The notes under the pieces are model-generated. The model ran no database searches. It worked only from the letters and a program-made list of their open reading frames with translations, and had not been told where the DNA came from. A DNA stretch of 64,000 nucleotides from Patescibacteria group bacterium (lineage in GTDB: Bacteria > Patescibacteriota > Microgenomatia > Daviesbacterales > UBA10151). The translations under genes and the position numbers were made by a program. The DNA lies in NCBI GenBank assembly GCA_038064895.1, contig JBBTSA010000010.1, forward strand, positions 31,725 to 95,724, given 5' to 3'. Shown one piece after another: positions 57,805-64,000 of this stretch. Position 1 is the first letter of the stretch, and every line of letters starts with the position of its first letter.

Positions 57805-58442
57805 TAAACTGCCCCTCTTCCGGAAAATACTGCTGGAATTGTTCGCAGTATGATCCAAAGGTCATAAAGAATCGATCTTTTTTTAACATATAAAGCATCC
57901 AGCTTAACCCTTTTTTCAAAATTTATTTCGGATCTTCCACTCACCTGCCAAACTCCTGTTACCCCCGGTTTACCTGACAAAATAATCTTAACAAACTTTG
58001 AAGTTTGGGGGAAATTCTTTTGCTGTTGGGAAAGTTCATCGGGATAATAAGCGCGCGGCCCAACTAAACTCATTTCACCTTTTAAAACATTTATAAGTTG
58101 TGGAAGTTCATCAAGAGAATATTTCCTGATAAATTTTCCAAACCCAGTAATACGTGGATCTTTAGTCAGCTTGTAGCTGCTTTTTTTATATTCTTCATAA
58201 AGTTTTTTAAAACTTAGGCCTGTTTTTAAAAGTCTGTGAGCATTAGCAATCATGGAACGAAATTTATACATTTTAAAAAGCTTACCACCCTTACCAACCC
58301 GCATCGGAGTATCTGCAAGTACAGGGCCGGCAGATGTTAATTTTATTAGTATGGCAATGAGTAAAAATAGGGGGAAAAGCATCAACAAACCAAAAATCGC
58401 ACCAATTATATCCAAAAACCTCTTTATAAAATCGTAAAACAT
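57804..58442 (-). CDS. Polyprenyl-phosphate sugar transferase (priming glycosyltransferase)
   Basis: KR..DI, YKFRSM, DELPQL.NVL.GEMSLVGPR, KPG.TG.WQV.GR. Confidence 0.93.
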   Translation of the reverse strand: MFYDFIKRFLDIIGAIFGLLMLFPLFLLIAILIKLTSAGPVLADTPMRVGKGGKLFKMYKFRSMIANAHRLLKTGLSFKKLYEEYKKSSYKLTKDPRITGFGKFIRKYSLDELPQLINVLKGEMSLVGPRAYYPDELSQQQKNFPQTSKFVKIILSGKPGVTGVWQVSGRSEINFEKRVKLDALYVKKRSILYDLWIILRTIPAVFSGRGAV

Positions 58443-58449
58443 AATCTAA

Positions 58450-59511
58450 TTAGTATACCAAAGAATCAACAGTTTGTTTAAAGGCTCTATGAAAACTTTC
58501 TTTACTAAAATAAGACGCATGCCTTTTGATTGCTGTTTCCCTAAAATGTTGCGAATCATTTAATCCAATCAATGCGGAAGTCAAACTTTCTACATTTTGC
58601 TTGTTAAATAAGATTCCAGTTTTACCATTAATAACCGTCTCGAGTGCGCCGCCTCCTTTGTAGGCAATCACAGGCTTGCCTAAAGCCTGTGCCTCCAAAG
58701 AGATTATTCCAAAATCTTCTATTCCGGGAATAATCAATGCTCTGCATCCTGCCAAAACTTTTACTACCATCTGGTCATTTAACTCACCAAGAAATTCTAC
58801 ATCACCCTTATCTTCCCCATTTACCCAATCCCCCTTACCAATCACCTTTAAGGAAAAAACTAACCTCTTACATGCTTCAATTGTTAAATCAACCCTTTTA
58901 TATTTGTTAGTTCTAGTCACTACCACAAAGTACCCCCCGTCAAAAGTTTCAATACCTTCAAATCTTTTAAGATCCACAAAGGGGTATACCACTTTTGAAT
59001 CTACTTTATAAACTCTTTTTATCCTTTTTCTTGCATTTTCTGAACCCGCAATAAAATAATCTACTCGATTTTTAGAAACTTGATCATAGATTCTTAATTT
59101 GCTCATAATTGGTTCCAGAATGCCATAATTTTTCTGTTCGGAAAAATGCCATAAAAAGCGTGGGGGAGTATGACAATAACATATATGGACTGTACCGGGT
59201 CTAGTAATTATAGATTTTGCAAATCTTGTAGTTTGAGAAATAACTAAATCGTATCCGTCAAATGAAAATTGCTCAAACGCAATTGGATAAAAAGGAAGTA
59301 GGGTTTTGTAAAGAGATCTCCAACCAGGTATTTTTTGCAGGAAAGAAGTAATAATTTTTTTGTGGACAAAATTATCCTTGAGGATTAAATTGTCTATATC
59401 ATAAACAGATGTATAGATAGGAGCATCCGGAAATATTTCACATATTCCCAAAAGCACTCTTTCCGCCCCACCCCACTGGACTAAATCATCATGTACTATT
59501 GCAACACGCAT
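58450..59511 (-). CDS. GT4 glycosyltransferase
   Basis: HD.L...GGAERV, EDFGI..LEAQA.GKPV. Confidence 0.9.
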   Translation of the reverse strand: MRVAIVHDDLVQWGGAERVLLGICEIFPDAPIYTSVYDIDNLILKDNFVHKKIITSFLQKIPGWRSLYKTLLPFYPIAFEQFSFDGYDLVISQTTRFAKSIITRPGTVHICYCHTPPRFLWHFSEQKNYGILEPIMSKLRIYDQVSKNRVDYFIAGSENARKRIKRVYKVDSKVVYPFVDLKRFEGIETFDGGYFVVVTRTNKYKRVDLTIEACKRLVFSLKVIGKGDWVNGEDKGDVEFLGELNDQMVVKVLAGCRALIIPGIEDFGIISLEAQALGKPVIAYKGGGALETVINGKTGILFNKQNVESLTSALIGLNDSQHFRETAIKRHASYFSKESFHRAFKQTVDSLVY

Positions 59512-60599
59512 TTTTGGTATACCTCTAGAGTTTGCTTTGCAAACTTTTCCCAACTGAATAATTTTACTCTTTTTTTGCCTTTTTCTATTAATGCTTTTTG
59601 TATCTTTTCTGAGTTTAACACCATATCTATCTTATCTACCATATTCCCCTGATCTTTCGGATCAAAATAAACAGCTGCATTTCCCCCTACTTCTTTTAAA
59701 GAACCGGCATCTGATGAAACAACTGGACAAGAACATACCATCGCCTCAAGTATAGGTATACCGAAACCTTCTTCATACGACGGCATAACAAAGACTTTAG
59801 CATTTTTGTATAAGGAAACTAATTCCTCATCTGTAACTTCTCCTGTATAAATTATTCCTTCAAAATTATTTTCAGATTTTATTTTCTGCCAGAAATAATT
59901 GTTATGTCCCGATAACACAAGTTGCAAATCTTTATTTTTTTCTTTTAGGGCTAAAAAGGATTTTATTAACCCCTCTATATTTTTATGAGGATGTGCATTA
60001 CCTACATAAAAAATATATGGCCTCTCAATTCCGAACTTCTTCATTTTGCGGGTGAAGTGGGTCGTGAACAATTTGTCATCAACTGCTTCAGGAGTTACTG
60101 CTATCTTTCTTTCATCAACTTTCCATTCCCTGATCAATGTTTGCTTTACATATTCCGAAGGAACTAGAATTTTTTTAGAATTAACAACAGAATTTATAAA
60201 AACCTTTTTATAGCCAAATTGTTTGAATCTATACGCAATAGGATCCAGTGTTGTAGCTCTTTTCATTTGAAAATGCTGATGTATTAAATCATGGATTGTT
60301 ACTACAAATTTTCCTTTGTAGAAAATTGGTACATTAAAATGAGGAAAATGCACTATATCCGCTTTTAAATTATTTAGAATTCCGGGTAATTCTATCTGCT
60401 CTTTTACTCCATACCATTTAAAATCAGTCAAAACCTTTTTGAAATTATTATGATACACTAGAGTATCATAGTCTGCCTTTAATTGTAAAATGTAATATTC
60501 ATTATATTTATCCAATGACTGCAGATTTGTTATTAAATTTCTGATATATCTACCTATCCCGGATTCTTTGTACATCCGACCATCAATTACAATCCTCAT
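59496..60599 (-). CDS. GT4 glycosyltransferase
   Basis: GIGRY, TIHDL, EGFGIPILEAM. Confidence 0.9.
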   Translation of the reverse strand: MRIVIDGRMYKESGIGRYIRNLITNLQSLDKYNEYYILQLKADYDTLVYHNNFKKVLTDFKWYGVKEQIELPGILNNLKADIVHFPHFNVPIFYKGKFVVTIHDLIHQHFQMKRATTLDPIAYRFKQFGYKKVFINSVVNSKKILVPSEYVKQTLIREWKVDERKIAVTPEAVDDKLFTTHFTRKMKKFGIERPYIFYVGNAHPHKNIEGLIKSFLALKEKNKDLQLVLSGHNNYFWQKIKSENNFEGIIYTGEVTDEELVSLYKNAKVFVMPSYEEGFGIPILEAMVCSCPVVSSDAGSLKEVGGNAAVYFDPKDQGNMVDKIDMVLNSEKIQKALIEKGKKRVKLFSWEKFAKQTLEVYQKCVLQ

Positions 60600-60601
60600 A
60601 A

Positions 60602-61792
60602 TTATAATTTTTTTCCCAACTCCTCATAAATATCACTTAACTGTTTGGCAATAGGGTCCCAATCATATTTTTCTTTAACCATGTTTTTTGCGTTTATAGC
60701 AATTCGCTTATAGAGCGTTGCATCATCAAGTAGCTTAAGCGCGGCTTTAGCTATTTCTTCCGGATCATCTCGGATGATAACTTCTACTCCATCTTTTGCA
60801 TCGGTACCGCTTATGCCGATTGATGTTGTCACAACAGGCAGTCCTGATGCAAAACTTTCCAAATTTTTATACCTTGTACCGCCACCGCCATAAATAGGCG
60901 CAACCAAAATAGATGCCTTTTGATAGACTGCTCTAACATCATCTACCTCATCAACTTTTATATCTTTTGATTTAAGATTTGCAAAAAAAGCTTTTGCGTC
61001 TTTCCCTATAATCCAAAGTTTTGCATTCGGCAGTTTTCTTTTAATAGCGGGCCAAACTTTATCTACCAAAACTTGGACCGCTTCTCTGTTTTGTAACCAT
61101 GTAAAATTACCAAGATATAGAATGGTTGGCGCGGATGCTTTCGTTGCTGTTTTTTCCCCGAAGTAATTATTATCTACACCATTTGGAACAATATCAACAT
61201 CTAAACTTGTGGTCTCCGAAAGCATTGTTTTTTTATCCTCTTGGGACATAGCAACTACTTTTCTTGCTTTATTCCAATATCTAAGTTCCCAGTATTTCAT
61301 TTTAAAAACATCCAAATACAAAAGTTGCTTAACTACTGGAAGCTTGAACTCATCCACAAAATGCCTGTAGACTAAATACTCTATTGTCTGTTCAACCAAA
61401 AGAATTGGGATGGAAGTTTGGGGAATATGTGGCATAACATAAAATGTTTCAGCATGAATAAGATCGAAATTCTCATAAGCCAGTTCTTTTTCTATCTCGT
61501 TTTTTTCGCCGCTTGCCCAATTTCTTATTACCAAAAATGGGTAAAAGCTAAAACCAGTCCGCAGTATATTCCCGGGCGTCCAGGGTTTTTCAGATCTTAT
61601 AAATACTTTTACTTCCTTACAAAATTTTTCAAGTTCCCCGACATATCTTCTTTCCAAAACATTTTTAACAAGACAAAAAAGAGTAATCTCATGATTTAGT
61701 GCAGCTAATCTTTTTATTAAATTGTAGGATCTTGTTTGACCTCCCGTAAGAAGAGGGTAAGGCAGGTATGGAGTCAGCATTAAAACCCTCAT
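60602..61792 (-). CDS. GT4 glycosyltransferase
   Basis: VPNGVD, GGGTR.K.LE..A.GLPVVTT. Confidence 0.88.
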   Translation of the reverse strand: MRVLMLTPYLPYPLLTGGQTRSYNLIKRLAALNHEITLFCLVKNVLERRYVGELEKFCKEVKVFIRSEKPWTPGNILRTGFSFYPFLVIRNWASGEKNEIEKELAYENFDLIHAETFYVMPHIPQTSIPILLVEQTIEYLVYRHFVDEFKLPVVKQLLYLDVFKMKYWELRYWNKARKVVAMSQEDKKTMLSETTSLDVDIVPNGVDNNYFGEKTATKASAPTILYLGNFTWLQNREAVQVLVDKVWPAIKRKLPNAKLWIIGKDAKAFFANLKSKDIKVDEVDDVRAVYQKASILVAPIYGGGGTRYKNLESFASGLPVVTTSIGISGTDAKDGVEVIIRDDPEEIAKAALKLLDDATLYKRIAINAKNMVKEKYDWDPIAKQLSDIYEELGKKL

Positions 61793-61799
61793 AAGAAAA

Positions 61800-63269
61800 C
61801 TAGGGCTCCTTATCCCCTTTGTCGTCAAATTTTTCCTTTAATTTTGTAAGGTCCGCTATGACAAATTGGGGATTTTGTTCTAAAATTTCGAAGTGTCGAA
61901 GTACCCAAGAAGTTCTCTCATCATTTGCTGTTGAAATATAATAAGTAACTCCATAGTCTAAAATGAGGTCTTTTACTGAAGCTGGAACCAAAGCCCAGCC
62001 GGGACGGTTTGTCTGGTAAAGAAAAGCCGTATCTCCGTTATATGGTGCTAAAATATAAGCATCTTTCGGTAGTATCTTATCTGCAAATTTACCTGCCTCA
62101 ACTATTGGATAATTATTTATTTGATATAAACCCTTAACTTCCTTCCATCCAAAATAAAATGTTAAAAGAAAAAAGAGTAGTGCCAAAAAAATTGTCCAAA
62201 CTCTTGGAATGAAATCAATCGAACGTCGGAAAAGATAAATAAATCCACAAGAAGTAAAAATTGAGGCAATTGGAACAAAAATTACCTGGTAATAATCATG
62301 TCTTATATTACCCGTTGCAAAAATGGTAATAAATAAAATATGAGACAAAAGCCAAATATGCAAGAAGGAACCGCTTTTTACTTTAATAATAAGCCCTAAG
62401 AGAAAAAGGAATGCACCTGTAACCCCAAGTATCTCACGACCAATTCTTTCAGAAATAATCCACCAAAAAAATGCGGGACGAAATCGGATACCGTCGCTGT
62501 TTAATAACCAGGAAGAGGATGGGATTCCTTCCGGCTGTTGCAAAATCCAAAGCCTCCAAAAAGCAAATGGCAAAAGGCTTAATAATAAAAAGGGGGTAAA
62601 TTTTTTAAAAAAGAAGGATTTGTCTCTTTTTTTATAAACAGAATAAAATAGTGGTAAGAAGAAAAATACTGCCCAAGGCTTTATTAAAAATGCGAAAGCA
62701 GTAAAAATCATCCCCCAAATCCCCCAAATTCCCCTATTCTCCCAGATCCATTTATCTACAAAATAGAGCATTCCTAAACCAAAGAAAATAAAAGTAGGTT
62801 CAGGTAACGTGGTTCTTGAGAAGAATACATTAAACGGTAAAAGGGCAAATATAAAAGCTGCAATTTGTGCTGTAATAATATTTGTATATTTTCTGGCAAT
62901 CAGATAAAGAAAAATTATTGATGCGCTGGAGAATATAACCGAAACTAAACGATGATAAACTTCTGATACTCCAAATATTAAATAAAACGGGTATACTACT
63001 ATATTATATATAGGAAATTCTACAAAACGGAACCTTGCGGGATTTGGTATAGAATTTTCAGCTACACCTGACATATCGTCATACTTTGGTAAAAAGGGAT
63101 TAAATCCCAGCTTTACAAAATTTCTTGTAACAGCTGCCGTATCTGCTTGTCTCCAAGAATGCCAATCAGCAATAGGTGAATCAATTTTATAAAGTCTCAC
63201 CAAAAAACCAAAAAATAAAATTAGTGCCAACCAAAAGTATTGATTTGAAATAATTTTAAAAAATTTCAT
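61800..63269 (-). CDS. ArnT/PMT-like (GT39/83) membrane glycosyltransferase
   Basis: WRQADT, EFP.Y, multi-TM, H.YYQ. Confidence 0.8.
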   Translation of the reverse strand: MKFFKIISNQYFWLALILFFGFLVRLYKIDSPIADWHSWRQADTAAVTRNFVKLGFNPFLPKYDDMSGVAENSIPNPARFRFVEFPIYNIVVYPFYLIFGVSEVYHRLVSVIFSSASIIFLYLIARKYTNIITAQIAAFIFALLPFNVFFSRTTLPEPTFIFFGLGMLYFVDKWIWENRGIWGIWGMIFTAFAFLIKPWAVFFFLPLFYSVYKKRDKSFFFKKFTPFLLLSLLPFAFWRLWILQQPEGIPSSSWLLNSDGIRFRPAFFWWIISERIGREILGVTGAFLFLLGLIIKVKSGSFLHIWLLSHILFITIFATGNIRHDYYQVIFVPIASIFTSCGFIYLFRRSIDFIPRVWTIFLALLFFLLTFYFGWKEVKGLYQINNYPIVEAGKFADKILPKDAYILAPYNGDTAFLYQTNRPGWALVPASVKDLILDYGVTYYISTANDERTSWVLRHFEILEQNPQFVIADLTKLKEKFDDKGDKEP

Positions 63270-64000
63270 CTGAAATTTTTAGTTGCAAGGGTCAGTCCTA
63301 AAACCATCCAAAAAAGTGATGCTACCTTGGATGCTTCAAATACGTCAATAAAAAGGCTGTTAAAAAGAAAGGCTAAAATTAAAGATAATACCCCCGCTGA
63401 AAAATATCTTATAAATCCAACGCTTTCTTTATATATTCGCCAAATTCTTTTTGATACAGCAATTAGTACAAGCGCAAACGCCGCTGTGCCAAGAATTCCC
63501 ACTTCCCCCAAAGAGCGGAGTAGATCATTATCCGTTGCTATACCCAATGATGAATATCCTGTACCCAGGAAAGGATTTTTAATAAAAGCTAAAATAGCTC
63601 TTGGCCATTCAATATTTAATCTGATAGAAAATGATCTATAAACCCCAAGTTCGGTTGTATCTACAGGCTCACCAGGAGTGATATCTGTAGGGAGAGCAGA
63701 TCCGGATGCAAAAGTAGATGTTTGAGCTGATGTACTTGATGTTTTTATTGCTAAGGTAGGTATATTTAGCTTTGCTCTTTTCTTCTGATCATCTGTTTTA
63801 CCCTGATAGCTATCCCACTGTTTAAGGAGATTAACGGTAACTGTTGAAACCAGTCTGTTTCTTAGGTTAGATGGATAGATTAAAATTACCAAAAGAATAA
63901 TAAAAAGAAGCAGCAAAAATTTCTTTTTACCTGTTAGAAGAAGTGCCGTTATAATACCAAAGATTGCTGCCACAAAAGATACCCTTGCTGATGTCATAAC
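63266..64000 (-). CDS. O-antigen ligase family protein (5' part outside the window)
   Basis: T.AR.SF, NPFLGTGYS, DND.LR.LGE.G, F.DVFEASK. Confidence 0.75.
   Translation of the reverse strand, partial: VMTSARVSFVAAIFGIITALLLTGKKKFLLLLFIILLVILIYPSNLRNRLVSTVTVNLLKQWDSYQGKTDDQKKRAKLNIPTLAIKTSSTSAQTSTFASGSALPTDITPGEPVDTTELGVYRSFSIRLNIEWPRAILAFIKNPFLGTGYSSLGIATDNDLLRSLGEVGILGTAAFALVLIAVSKRIWRIYKESVGFIRYFSAGVLSLILAFLFNSLFIDVFEASKVASLFWMVLGLTLATKNFR

Noticed and set aside
1-64000. Alternative genetic code (TGA read as Gly or Trp)
   Set aside because: Conserved genes such as gatA, rplU, mraY and murA end at TGA at the expected lengths and have no internal TGA.

Overview
Low-GC bacterial chromosome segment read in code 11 (TGA is a stop). 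Gene content, leaderless-type promoters and small palindromic or heptamer inserts suggest a Patescibacteria/CPR (Microgenomates-like) genome; this is an inference. Core genes are gatCAB, htpX/lemA, polX, nth, lepB, parB, rpmA/rplU, rodA, ileS, a dcw cluster (mraZ to ftsZ, with a truncated murB), glyQS, recO, polysaccharide/glycosyltransferase genes and four tRNAs (Asp, Thr, Gly, Val). There are two tRNA-adjacent accessory regions. (i) 11.4-14.5 kb: an HD-like protein and a squalene/phytoene-synthase-like gene, each preceded by a homologous spacer, then a DUF433/PIN pair and a GIY-YIG nuclease sandwiched between tRNA-Asp and a degenerate copy of it. (ii) 18.3-26.5 kb: the best candidate for an undescribed system, a four-gene operon. 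It encodes two ~63-aa tandem-repeat proteins, a SNF2-helicase/SAM-methyltransferase fusion and a degenerate MPG/AAG-glycosylase-like protein. The three non-helicase proteins end in the same peptide, (E/D)ANxQL(E/R)RLL. All protein calls come from motif recognition by eye; no database search was run.
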